From positions 1,056,001 through 1,120,000 of the forward strand of contig CAVWLP010000002.1 of assembly GCA_963755915.1 (NCBI GenBank): a stretch of 64,000 nt of DNA. Reading direction: 5' to 3'. Below are positions 30,860 through 41,276 of this stretch, one piece after another; within the stretch, counting starts at the first letter, position 1, and every line of letters begins with the position of its first letter. Source of the stretch: an uncultured Phycisphaerales bacterium. Its GTDB lineage: Bacteria > Planctomycetota > Phycisphaerae > Tepidisphaerales > Tepidisphaeraceae. The notes beneath the pieces are model-generated. The model saw only the letters and a list, made by a program, of their open reading frames with translations. It had not been told where the DNA came from and made no database searches. The translations under genes were made by a program, and so were the position numbers.

Positions 30860-31785
30860 ATGAACCTCAATCACCTGGCCATTTTCCACGCCGTCGCTCA
30901 GGAAAAGAGCGTCACCGCCGCCTCGCGCCGCCTGCTGATCAGCCAGCCCGCGATTTCCAAGCAGCTTCGCCAATTTGAGAAAAGTCTCGGCGTGACGCTG
31001 TTCGACCGCCAGCCGCGCGGCGTCCGCGCCACCGAGGCGGGCGACGTCCTCGCCTCCTACGCCGCACGCCTGTTTTCCGTGGCCGACGAAGCCGAGCACG
31101 CCATCAGCGAACTGCGCGGCCTGCGCCGCGGCCGCCTGCGCATGGGCGCGAGCACCACCATAGGCGTCTACCTGCTTCCGGAAATCTTTGTCCGCTTCCG
31201 CGCCGCCCATCGAGGCGTCCAGCTCGAATTGCAGATCGCCTCCAGCGCGGTTTTGGCCGAGCGATTGACCAATGGATCGCTCGACATCGCTTTCACAGAA
31301 GGCGTCCTGGCCAGCGAATTTCTCGAGTCAAAAGTGTTCATGTTCGACCATCTCGTTGCCATCGCCCCGCGAAATCATCCGCTGCGCGCAAGCGATCGGT
31401 CAGTGCCGCCGTCCTTTCCCGCCAACCTTTCGTCGTTCGCGAAACCGGCTCCGAGTCACGATCATTGGTCGAGCGTTCCCTGGCGGCGCACGGTCTGAGC
31501 CTTCGGCCGGTCATGTCTCTGGGCAGCACCGAGGCAATCAAACATGCCGTTATCTCCGGCGTCGGCATCGCGGTCGTCTCCAGCCTTGCCGTTTCCCTGG
31601 AAGTTCAGGCGAAGAAGCTCGCGATCTTGCGCATCAAGGACTTGAACATTCGCCGACCGCTTCATCGCGTCACGCTGGAAGGTTCGCATCGAAGCAATAG
31701 TCTCGAAGCATTCATTGAGATGCTGAATTTGGAGGGATCAGGGACGTCTCGACGCCAGCGATGGGATCCACTTTTTCAAAAATAA
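30860..31785 (+). CDS. LysR family transcriptional regulator (frameshift near 31400)
   Basis: MNLNHLAIF..VA...SVTAA..L.ISQPAIS HTH; GASTT; STEAIKHAV..G.GIA. Confidence 0.92.
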
Positions 31786-31902
31786 TAAAGAAAAATCCCG
31801 CCCCCGATCCAAAATAGGTACAAAACGTACACCTTTCGGACCTATATATAGGGCAATAATATACTTGACAAAACAGAGCAAATTCGCAAGATATATGGCG
31901 GC

Positions 31903-32970
31903 GTGGCGTATGCGAAACCGGCCTTTTCCCGCCGACAGTTCGACGACGCTGGAAGTGCGCTCATTGAACTTGCCAAGGACGATCCGCGACGCAATGAGGC
32001 AATCGACCGTATAGGAAACTGGCGAGCATCGCATGCGTTTCTGATGGATATCGCGAACCGGCAGGTCGTGCAGAGCGCAAACGTAATCGACAAGCAAGCG
32101 ATCACCGCCCAGCGCCTCAAGCGACTGGAATCAATAGAACTGAAATTGAGGCAGACGAAAATGCGCCTCACCCAAATGCAGGACATCGGAGGCTGCCGGG
32201 CCGTGGTTCACAGGGCGCAAAGGGCTCGCGACCTTGCACCGCTGATAGCGACCGCACTTCCGGTTGCCGCGCCGGATCAATTCTCTGTTGTGAGGACGAC
32301 AGATTATTTGACTACTCCCAAGCCGGATGGATACCGGGGCATTCACATTGTTGTGGAGTACGACGGCGTTGATGAGGACTATAAAAAATTAAAAGTCGAA
32401 ATTCAGGTCAGAAGCAGGCTGCAACACGTCTGGGCAACCTCAGTGGAGATATGCCAATTCTTCACCCAACAACGATTCAAGACGGCCAAAAAAACCGCCG
32501 ACGAAAAATGGCTGCGATATTTCGCTCTGGCCTCGTCCTATATGGCACTGCTTGAAAGGCTGCCGACGGTTCCGAATACGCCGGAGGTATTCGAGGACAT
32601 CATGGCAGAGATGAAGGCCATAGATTCCGAGACGGGAATCGTCGCGGCTCTTGGGAATTGGAGTCAGCTTGTGCAACCGGGCTTTACCGTTCCGGACGCG
32701 TACTTCTACGTTCTGGACCTGAACGGCAAGGATCGCACGATGCGGCTGGAGTCATTTCGGAAAGACGAGCTGAAGCAAGCCGAGGATAAATATCTGGAAC
32801 TTGAAAAACACACCGAAGGCAATTTAAGCCGTCAGATTGTTCTTGTTTCCGTTGAATCCATCGACTCTCTGAGGGGCGCGTACCCGAACTATTTTTTCGA
32901 CGCAATCCAATTCACGTCTGCCGTTTCCGCATTTAAGACCCCGCGCCTTGTTTCTTCGTACTACGCGTAG
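31903..32970 (+). CDS. RelA/SpoT synthetase-domain protein, fused CapRel-like toxin-antitoxin
   Basis: QRLKR..SI..KL, MQDIGGCR, DY..PKPDGYRGIH, EIQVRS.LQH.WA..VE; no hydrolase/TGS/ACT domain; C-terminal IVLV...L..AYPNYF. Confidence 0.8.
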   Translation: MAYAKPAFSRRQFDDAGSALIELAKDDPRRNEAIDRIGNWRASHAFLMDIANRQVVQSANVIDKQAITAQRLKRLESIELKLRQTKMRLTQMQDIGGCRAVVHRAQRARDLAPLIATALPVAAPDQFSVVRTTDYLTTPKPDGYRGIHIVVEYDGVDEDYKKLKVEIQVRSRLQHVWATSVEICQFFTQQRFKTAKKTADEKWLRYFALASSYMALLERLPTVPNTPEVFEDIMAEMKAIDSETGIVAALGNWSQLVQPGFTVPDAYFYVLDLNGKDRTMRLESFRKDELKQAEDKYLELEKHTEGNLSRQIVLVSVESIDSLRGAYPNYFFDAIQFTSAVSAFKTPRLVSSYYA

Positions 32971-33130
32971 CCGCTGAGCGTTTCCGCCGCCTTTCGTCCG
33001 CAAGGGCTTTATCAATTTTGGCTTTTGGGACCGCCATTATCCGCCGCGTGAAGTCTTCCATTTTGTGAAACGCAGCTTCGGGGTCGGCAACGCGGATATC
33101 GGGGATTTCTTGGGGTTTTGGTTTGGGCAT
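32933..33130 (-). CDS. Small basic hypothetical protein (IS1595 passenger)
   Basis: GAAGGA RBS; F..F.RRIMAVPK.. pattern; its 3' end overlaps the 3' end of the RelA gene. Confidence 0.55.
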   Translation of the reverse strand: MPKPKPQEIPDIRVADPEAAFHKMEDFTRRIMAVPKAKIDKALADERRRKRSAATRSTKKQGAGS

Positions 33131-33217
33131 TCCTTCATTGTATCACGAAAGGGAACCGGATTTTGAAAAACGCACGCAACACAAATGGCTGTGACCTAAA
33201 CACCGGCCCGCGCCCCC

Positions 33218-33637
33218 TTACGCCTCGAATTCAGATGAATCTTCAATGTGAAGTATTCGCTCTGCCAGAAGATTCCCGGAAGGCTCGGTTACGGATACGG
33301 GAAATTCTCCGGCACCCGGAAAGCTCACCGATGAGAAAGACGCTACGTACGTCTGGAGCCCCGACGGATAGTGTCCGCCGGGGGTCACCGTAGATTTATA
33401 AAAATGGCTTCCGGCTTGCATCGACACTATCAGTTGCATGGGTTCAAAGAGGTTCTCTAGTTCAATTAGAATGTCGATGCGGGGATATGTCGCCGGGAAC
33501 TTCGGAAAATTGAGGACGCTGAAGACCGCTCGCAGCGAATAGAAGTCGAACCTACCATCCCTTACCGCCTCTTTGCACATGACCATAGCCGCTACGCGAG
33601 GTCGATCTTTACTCATTGGTTCACCCTTGCGAATCAT
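33218..33637 (-). CDS. DUF6941-like beta-sandwich protein (IS1595 passenger)
   Basis: MVMCKEAVRD...SLRAVF.....FP, and FPGAGEF.V pattern; abuts the transposase stop. Confidence 0.6.
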   Translation of the reverse strand: MIRKGEPMSKDRPRVAAMVMCKEAVRDGRFDFYSLRAVFSVLNFPKFPATYPRIDILIELENLFEPMQLIVSMQAGSHFYKSTVTPGGHYPSGLQTYVASFSSVSFPGAGEFPVSVTEPSGNLLAERILHIEDSSEFEA

Positions 33638-34663
33638 TCAATTTGGCAGATTTTCTTTTCCCGCGCCGCTCTCGCCGTTTCCGGTAACGGGAGCACCCTC
33701 CAATGCCCCGATGAGGGCCTTGTAGGTCAACCGTTTTCCGTGATAGCGGCTTGCGGCAATCCGGAAACGGTCTGCGTCTTCAACCTCACGATGATTGAAG
33801 CGGAATGCTTCGGAATCGACATATGCGGCAAGGTGGAACGGCTCGACGCTAACGTGTGTTCCCTTGATGCAGCGTTTGAACAGCGCCCAGAAGTTTTCCA
33901 GCCCGTTGGTGTGGACCACTTTGTCCTTTACGTATGCCTCAGTATGATCCACAAAATCATGGTTGAACGTACCGGCGATACTTACGTCGCGATAGTTTTT
34001 CAGGGCGTCGGTATAGAGGGTCGTTCCCGGCTCCACGTTCTTGTGAATGACAGTGAGGAGCGATTCCTTTTTGCGATCCGCCACGACCGCCGTCCGGACG
34101 GTGCTATGTTTCTTGCCATCGTGGCGGTTGAGCAAACCCATGACGTTTGTCATATGAGCGCCACCGCGATTTTTTCCGACCTTACGTTCGCGGACCTTCT
34201 TGTGCATGTTGGCCGCAAGGCCGCCGACCATCGTTTCGTCGGCCTCGACGATACCTTTCATTTTGGAATCGAACGATCCGACGTGGATGGCATGGCGAAC
34301 GCGATGGAGCATGAACCACGCGGATTTTTGGGTAATGCCGAGCGCCCGATGAATCTCGTAACTGCTGATTGAGTTCTTGGCGTTTACTTCGAGCCAAAAC
34401 GCCGCTGCCCATTTGTCCAAGCCAAGTGGAGAGTCTTCCATGACCGATCCTGTTTTCACGGTGAACTGGCGGCTATCGTGGTTTTTGGCACAAGAATACC
34501 GGCGATATTTCGGCATGTAGTGGACTTGCGTTGACCCGCATCGCGGACAGACCGGACCACTCGGCCATCGCATCTTGGCGAAGAAATCGTGGGCAACATC
34601 CAGATCGGAAAAGTGCTTAATGGCTTCTAAAAGCGTTTCCGGAAAGTGGTTTTCAGTGTTCAT
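33638..34663 (-). CDS. IS1595-family transposase
   Basis: N-terminal RWP..P.CPRC Zn ribbon, VEADET, YTD, HTNGLENFW..FKR, HL..Y..E..FRFN. Confidence 0.95.
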   Translation of the reverse strand: MNTENHFPETLLEAIKHFSDLDVAHDFFAKMRWPSGPVCPRCGSTQVHYMPKYRRYSCAKNHDSRQFTVKTGSVMEDSPLGLDKWAAAFWLEVNAKNSISSYEIHRALGITQKSAWFMLHRVRHAIHVGSFDSKMKGIVEADETMVGGLAANMHKKVRERKVGKNRGGAHMTNVMGLLNRHDGKKHSTVRTAVVADRKKESLLTVIHKNVEPGTTLYTDALKNYRDVSIAGTFNHDFVDHTEAYVKDKVVHTNGLENFWALFKRCIKGTHVSVEPFHLAAYVDSEAFRFNHREVEDADRFRIAASRYHGKRLTYKALIGALEGAPVTGNGESGAGKENLPN

Positions 34664-35008
34664 GCCGGTATCTTAGGGTCCGGACGTTGTTTTGTCAAGT
34701 ATATTATTACCATATATAGAGCAACCCTAAAACACCATGAACCAACGACCCAACCACGCCCAATCCGCGCCGCACCGCGCCGCAATACCAGCGGCCGGGC
34801 CGCGCCAACCAACCAACAAAACCGCTAAACTCCCCCCGTCGCAATCCCCGAAAAATCACGTACACCCCCACCCCCGATTTTTAAAATTCCTCCAACCCGT
34901 CAACGGTAACAAAACCCCCCGCCACAGCGCCCAATCAAAGAGTTCGCCCCCACTAACTTCTTCTGAATTTCACTCCGCTATATACGTTGTCGCAATTAAG
35001 GAATCCCC

Positions 35009-35060
35009 GTGTAGCCGCCCCCGCTTGACTTCGGCGAGCTCAGTCGAGCCGCGGAGCGCG
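35009..35060 (+). repeat. GTAG-type REP containing nested ACTTCGGCGAGCTCAGTCGAGCC, copy 2
   Basis: GTGTAGC-CGCCCCCGCTTG[ACTTCGGCGAGCTCAGTCGAGCC]GCGGAGCG. Confidence 0.7.
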
Positions 35061-35108
35061 TCTTCGCTCACCCCAAGATCCCCGCTCCTTGTCCAGGCCG
35101 CGATACCC

Positions 35109-36683
35109 TCACACCCGCGCCCGACTATGCTCTTCCAGCCGTTGCAGCAGCTCGCAAGCCTCTTCCTGATGTTCCCCCACGCTGCTCGTCCAGATCAGCG
35201 GCTCATTCCGCAGCACCGCCCGTTCGATCCGCCGGCAGGCGCTGATCACCGTGCTGTGATTCCGCTTCCCCATCCGCATCCCGATTTCCGGAAAGCTCAG
35301 CTTCGCCGTCTTACGCACCAGGAACATCGCCACGCTCCGCGCCAGGCTGATCGTCCTCTGCCGCCGGCCCGACATCAGGTCCTTGTTTTCCAGCCCGAAA
35401 TATTCGCAGACCGATTGAAGGATGTTGTCCGGCCGCACCGGCGCGACCATCTGCCGATCCAGGTCCCCCAGCGCCGCCTGAACCAGCGCCACATCCGGCA
35501 TCTGCCCCGTCACTTTCAAATACGCCGCGATCCGTGTGACCGCCCCTTCCAGCTCCCGAACGTTCTGCGTCACCCGCCGGGCGATCCACCCGATCACTTC
35601 TTCCCCCAGCGAGAGTTCGGCCCGATCCGAAAGGCTGCGCAGAATATCGCACCGCATCGCGAAGTTCGGCGGATCGATCCGGACCACCATCCCGCTCACG
35701 AACCGGTTGATCAGCGATTCCCCGAACGATTCGATCATCTTCGGATGGTTATCGCTCGCCATCACCACCTGCCGCCCCATCGCCTCGATCGCGTTGAACG
35801 TATGCAGGAATTCCTCCTGCGTCGCTTTCTTGCCGCCGAGGAAATGCACGTCGTCGATCACCAGCAGGTCCAGCTCGCGCATCTTCCGCCGGAAAACGTC
35901 GATCTTGCTCGTGCGCAGCGCCGTCAGAAATTCGTTGGTGAATTCCTCCCCGGTCAGATACGACCACCGCCGCGTTGGATGATGCGCTACGAACCGCTTG
36001 CAAAGCCCCTGCAGCAGATGCGTCTTCCCCAGCCCGCACCCGCCGTGGATGAACAGCGGGTTGTACTGAGCCCCGGGAAATTCCGCCACGTGCGTCGCCG
36101 CCGTGAAGGCAAGCTGATTGCTCTGCCCCACGACGAATGTTTCGATGTCATGCCGGAAGCGCGGCCGCCCCGTTTGCGCGGCAATGCCGCTCTCCACCGG
36201 CGGCGAAAATCGCTGCGGCGCTATCGCTGCCGCCGCGCCGAACCGCGGCTCGGGCCCCATCTCTCTTGCCACCAGCGCGGGCGACGAATCATCGGCGCCC
36301 GGCGCCAGACGCGCGCCCAGCTCCGGCGCCGCAATCGCGCGCACCACCGCTTTGGCGCTCTGATTCTGCTTCCCCCCATTCACCGGTTTCGCGGGGGCGC
36401 TGTCGCTGGTTTGAACTTCGAAAAGCTGCGGCACCACGCTGAAGCGAACCGCCAGCGAGCACCCCAGAACTTCATTGGCCGCTTCCTGGATCGGCCGGCT
36501 GAAGTGCGACCCGATCCATTCGCTGATGAAATCGTTCGGGACGGCAATCTCCAGCCCGTCCTGTTTCAGATCCAAACGCGTGGAATTATTGAACCAGACA
36601 TGAAATCGTTGTTGCCCGACTCTTTGTGCGATCGCGCTGGCCAACTTCGCCAGTTGCGGATCATGTGCGCTGATACAGCTCAA
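35109..36683 (-). CDS. dnaA: Chromosomal replication initiator DnaA
   Basis: Domain I (WF..., VPNDF..EWI), YNPLFIHGGCGLGKTHLL, LLVIDDVHF, TQEEFLHTFN, NVRELEG, HSTVISA; AAGGAG RBS plus TTG start. Confidence 0.96.
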   Translation of the reverse strand: MSCISAHDPQLAKLASAIAQRVGQQRFHVWFNNSTRLDLKQDGLEIAVPNDFISEWIGSHFSRPIQEAANEVLGCSLAVRFSVVPQLFEVQTSDSAPAKPVNGGKQNQSAKAVVRAIAAPELGARLAPGADDSSPALVAREMGPEPRFGAAAAIAPQRFSPPVESGIAAQTGRPRFRHDIETFVVGQSNQLAFTAATHVAEFPGAQYNPLFIHGGCGLGKTHLLQGLCKRFVAHHPTRRWSYLTGEEFTNEFLTALRTSKIDVFRRKMRELDLLVIDDVHFLGGKKATQEEFLHTFNAIEAMGRQVVMASDNHPKMIESFGESLINRFVSGMVVRIDPPNFAMRCDILRSLSDRAELSLGEEVIGWIARRVTQNVRELEGAVTRIAAYLKVTGQMPDVALVQAALGDLDRQMVAPVRPDNILQSVCEYFGLENKDLMSGRRQRTISLARSVAMFLVRKTAKLSFPEIGMRMGKRNHSTVISACRRIERAVLRNEPLIWTSSVGEHQEEACELLQRLEEHSRARV

Positions 36684-36951
36684 ACCGACTCCTTCCCGTA
36701 AACCCGGCCCAATCGATGCAGCCCGCACAAACGTCATAAAGTGCCCGGCGGGCGCAGCATCACCCATCTCCTTTGCCGGCATCCTGCCTGACAGGGCGAA
36801 AACGCAATACTAATCATCCGTGAATTGAACGAGAAAATAAGCTACGCGAACCCTGCTGGCAAGATAATCTTTGCTGGTTTTTCCATGCACAGCGCCGAAA
36901 CCAGCGGTAGGACCTGTACCGTTTGACGTTAAAAAAACTTCTATCAACTTC

Positions 36952-36992
36952 CTTTCCACATTTTTATCGGACCGTGAAAAACTTGTGGAAAA
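36952..36992. promoter_or_regulatory. Pair of inverted DnaA-box-like 9-mers upstream of dnaA
   Basis: CTTTCCACA (36952-36960) and TGTGGAAAA (36984-36992, = TTTTCCACA) in an AT-rich tract. Confidence 0.55.
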
Positions 36993-37059
36993 AAGCGCCG
37001 GGGAAGGAAATTTCGTGCCCCATCGGCCTCCCCCCCTCGACCCGTTTTGTCGGCCCGTT

Positions 37060-38013
37060 TCAGATGCCGACCCGCAGGTCGCGGATCATCGCCCAGCGGG
37101 TCGCGACCTGCTGCATCCCGAAACGATAATACAACCGCAGCGCCGGATTATTGCGCGAATCCACCGCCAGCGACAGCCTCCGCCGCTGATCGTTGTGGAT
37201 CATGTGCATGGCATGCTGCATCAAGACGATCCCCAGCCCGCGATGCCGCGCCTCTGGGGCGAGCCCAAGGTAAACCAGTTCCATCGCGTCGGATTTTGGA
37301 ATTCGGCTCAAAAGCACCACGCCCAGCGGCCGCGTTCCATCAGCCAAAACCTGCCAGAAATGCGGCTCAAAATGACCGGTAGCCCGGTGGCCCACAATGA
37401 CATCCTCGATATCCCGCAATCCGCTCAGCAAGGGGCAATCGAGGCTTTCGATATACGTCTTCTGAATCGCCTGGGCGAAAAGAGCGTGCGTGGATTCCGA
37501 ATATTCCACCCATCGCATCGATGGCTCAATTTCCGGGGCCTTTGCATTTCGCGGAACCGAGCCCTGCAGATAGATCAACTCCGCGATTTCCTGGAACCCC
37601 AATGCCACAAAGAATCGGCGGGCATATTCATGCTGGGGTTCCATCAGAACCTGCGAGAGATGTACCCCCTGCCGCGCGTAATGCGAGCAGATTTCTCCCA
37701 CCAGACGCGAGGCCGCCGGCTCAGTCGAAGCATCAACCTGCGCGGATGTAAGCAGAAGCAGCGTTCGCCCGGGATTGACGATCGGCAGCACCGCCCAGGC
37801 GATCACGCCGGGCCGATGGGCAATCCACGTCGAGGCTACGTCGATATGTCGCTCAGACGCCGAGGTGATGAAATCGGTAACCTGCGCCGGTGGCGCCGGG
37901 CGGTGGGGGCCCCCCAGAACCAGCGCGATCGCCGGGCGAAGCTCATGCGACTGGACCGGCCGACAAACCAGCGATTCGTCCCCTTTCAGGGCCGCAAACG
38001 TCGAATTTGACAT
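37060..38013 (-). CDS. Tandem GNAT acetyltransferase
   Basis: VYLGLAPEARHRGLG, LAVD..N.PALRLYYRFG. Confidence 0.85.
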   Translation of the reverse strand: MSNSTFAALKGDESLVCRPVQSHELRPAIALVLGGPHRPAPPAQVTDFITSASERHIDVASTWIAHRPGVIAWAVLPIVNPGRTLLLLTSAQVDASTEPAASRLVGEICSHYARQGVHLSQVLMEPQHEYARRFFVALGFQEIAELIYLQGSVPRNAKAPEIEPSMRWVEYSESTHALFAQAIQKTYIESLDCPLLSGLRDIEDVIVGHRATGHFEPHFWQVLADGTRPLGVVLLSRIPKSDAMELVYLGLAPEARHRGLGIVLMQHAMHMIHNDQRRRLSLAVDSRNNPALRLYYRFGMQQVATRWAMIRDLRVGI

Positions 38014-38121
38014 CACCGCCATCGAACGTAAGAATAACCACAGCCGCGTGGAAGGGCCAATCCTCCCCACGCAAAAGCTCGTATCCCGCCCCTGATTTCA
38101 TCTGGTTGCGAGGATTTCATC

Positions 38122-38739
38122 ATGCATCGTGGTATATTTTTAGCACTGGCTGGTCTTTCGCTCGTCGCCGCGGCAGCCTTGCCGCTGTGCGCCGACTACC
38201 CCCAGCCCAGCCCCTACCCAATCTCATGGGAATTGACCAGCGACTTTTCCGCCCCCAAGCGGATCGTCGTCCAGGGTCCCGGCGATGTAAATCCAAACGC
38301 CTATTGGTATATCACCTATCACGTTTCCAATAACACCGATCAGGATACCGTCCTCTTCTACCCCAACTTTCAGATGCTGATGGAGGACGGGCAGATCATC
38401 CACAGCGACATCGGCGTCGCACCCGCCGTCTTCGATGCCATCAAGAAAAAAGAGGGCCTGAAATTCCTTCAAAGCGACGACCTCATCGGTGGCGACCTCC
38501 GGCAGGGCGAAGATCAGTCCAAAGACGGCGTCGCCATCTGGCCCGAGCCCCGGCTGCGAATGGGAACCTTCACCATCTTCATCGCCGGGTACTGGGGCGA
38601 AGCCGCCACAGTGACCGTCAATGGCAAAGACATCACCCTTCATAAAACCATGCAGATAACCTATTCGTCAGACTCCGATGAGCAGCACCCGGGCGGCGGA
38701 GATCTCGTTGAAAAGAGCCGGCAGTTCGTAATGAGGTAA
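38122..38739 (+). CDS. Hypothetical secreted protein
   Basis: Signal peptide; WELT....[19 protein letters not shown]. Confidence 0.75.
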   Translation: MHRGIFLALAGLSLVAAAALPLCADYPQPSPYPISWELTSDFSAPKRIVVQGPGDVNPNAYWYITYHVSNNTDQDTVLFYPNFQMLMEDGQIIHSDIGVAPAVFDAIKKKEGLKFLQSDDLIGGDLRQGEDQSKDGVAIWPEPRLRMGTFTIFIAGYWGEAATVTVNGKDITLHKTMQITYSSDSDEQHPGGGDLVEKSRQFVMR

Positions 38740-38744
38740 ATTTC

Positions 38745-39002
38745 ATGGCACATAAAAAAGGTCAAGGTTCCACCCGAAACGGACGCGACAGCAATGCCCA
38801 GTATCTGGGCGTAAAGGCGTATGGCGGGCAGTTTATCTCCGCCGGGTCGATCATCGTCCGCCAGCGCGGGACGAAGTTCATGCCCGGATTTAACGTGGCG
38901 ATCGGCACCGACGATACGCTGTTTGCACTCAAGGATGGAAAGGTGGAGTTTCAGGGCAGGAAGGTTCATGTGCGCCAGGCGGAGGGAGCGGCGACGGCGT
39001 GA
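38745..39002 (+). CDS. rpmA: 50S ribosomal protein L27
   Basis: [30 protein letters not shown]. Confidence 0.98.
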   Translation: MAHKKGQGSTRNGRDSNAQYLGVKAYGGQFISAGSIIVRQRGTKFMPGFNVAIGTDDTLFALKDGKVEFQGRKVHVRQAEGAATA

Positions 39003-39020
39003 GCAGATTGATGGGCTTGT

Positions 39021-39245
39021 ATGGAAGCGGTTCATCTCAAAATTCAGGGTCATATTGACGCAGATGGGCACCTTCGGCTCGATTTACCAACGGGCCTGCC
39101 CACCGGCGAAGCGGAAATTGCAGTGACGATCGCTCCCAGAAATGGAAAAGAGGGGGGCGGGTATGATTTTTCGCAACTCGCGGGCCGGCTGAAGTGGGTG
39201 GGAAACGCCGTTGAAGAGCAGCGCGGGATGCGCAATGAGTGGTGA
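39021..39245 (+). CDS. Putative antitoxin of the downstream VapC
   Basis: Small ORF ending EEQRGMRNEW that overlaps the PIN gene start. Confidence 0.7.
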   Translation: MEAVHLKIQGHIDADGHLRLDLPTGLPTGEAEIAVTIAPRNGKEGGGYDFSQLAGRLKWVGNAVEEQRGMRNEW

Positions 39246-39612
39246 TCGGCTGCTGTTCGATACCAACGCAATCGTCGCTCTACTCGGCGGCAATCAACAG
39301 GTAGTTCAACTCACACGCAACGCACAGTGGATCGGAATTTCGATTATCAGTGAGATCGAATTCCTTTGTTTTGGCGGTTTGACTCAAGCGGACTGCGACC
39401 TGTTCGGGCAGTTTCGCGAAAAAGTGGATGTTGTGGGCCTTAGTCGGGGCGAAGCAGGTTTAATTGATCGTGTGATCGATATTCGCCGGCGATTCGGCGT
39501 AAAATTGCCGGATGCGATCATTGCCGCGACGGCGTTGGTCCGTTCAGCGCGATTGGTGACGGCCGATCGACAACTCGCGAATATAAAAGACGTGTCCATC
39601 GCGTCGTTTTAG
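39235..39612 (+). CDS. vapC: VapC PIN-domain toxin
   Basis: LFDTNAIV, SEIE, KLPDAIIAATA, LVTAD. Confidence 0.9.
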   Translation: MSGDRLLFDTNAIVALLGGNQQVVQLTRNAQWIGISIISEIEFLCFGGLTQADCDLFGQFREKVDVVGLSRGEAGLIDRVIDIRRRFGVKLPDAIIAATALVRSARLVTADRQLANIKDVSIASF

Positions 39613-39621
39613 CGGTCATGA

Positions 39622-40668
<1,047 letters not shown>

Positions 40669-40673
40669 GGCCT

Positions 40674-41249
40674 ATGGCGCTGCCCAACGATTTCCCCCGC
40701 GATCTTAAGGTTGGGCTCAAGGAGTGGGCGACGCTCTGCTCGGCGCTGGGCGAGGGACGGCAAATCATTCTGCTGCGAAAGGGGGGCATCTACGAATCAG
40801 GCGGCGAATTTGAAATTGAGCATCGGCAATTTCTGCTTTTTCCGACCTATCTGCATCAGAATGCGGAAATGCTGAAGGAGCCACATCGTGCCGGGCTGGC
40901 TCGCGTAAGCGCCGAGCCGGAAAAAATTCAGATTTCCCTCGCAGGCGAAATCACCGACATCGCCGCGATGAAGAGCCGCGACGTGATGGATCGGCTGAGT
41001 GACGAGCATATCTGGTCGCCGAAATTGATCGACATGCGGTTTAATTATCGCCCCGAGAATCCATTGTATCTCCTGCTGGTGCGGGTGTTTCGATTGGGTG
41101 AGGCAGTGACGATTGCAAATACGCCCGCCTACGCGGGGTGCAAGAGCTGGGTGCCGCTGGAGGAAAAGATCGGCCTCGGCGATTCGAAAGTCGTGCTGGG
41201 GGACGCGCAATATTCGCAGCGGCGCGAGGCGATTTTAACGTGCCTGTAG
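40674..41249 (+). CDS. DUF1802 family protein
   Basis: LKEW....AL..G.Q..LLRKGGI, FPTYLHQ, YAGCKSWV. Confidence 0.85.
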   Translation: MALPNDFPRDLKVGLKEWATLCSALGEGRQIILLRKGGIYESGGEFEIEHRQFLLFPTYLHQNAEMLKEPHRAGLARVSAEPEKIQISLAGEITDIAAMKSRDVMDRLSDEHIWSPKLIDMRFNYRPENPLYLLLVRVFRLGEAVTIANTPAYAGCKSWVPLEEKIGLGDSKVVLGDAQYSQRREAILTCL

Positions 41250-41276
41250 TGAAGGCAACCAGAATCGGCGCGGTGG

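Larger units (their letters stand above)
31852..34711 (-). mobile_element. IS1595-family transposon with passenger genes (complete)
   Basis: 24-bp IRs GGCAATAATATACTTGACAAAACA / TGTTTTGTCAAGTATATTATTACC (1 mismatch); 8-bp TSD ATATATAG (31844-31851 / 34712-34719). Confidence 0.95.

Noticed and set aside
34737-36701. 654-aa + strand ORF and other long antisense ORFs (24754-26718, 9534-10871, 36871-38010)
   Set aside because: Shadow ORFs opposite dnaA, secDF, leuC and the GNAT gene, expected from high GC and codon bias; no protein motifs.
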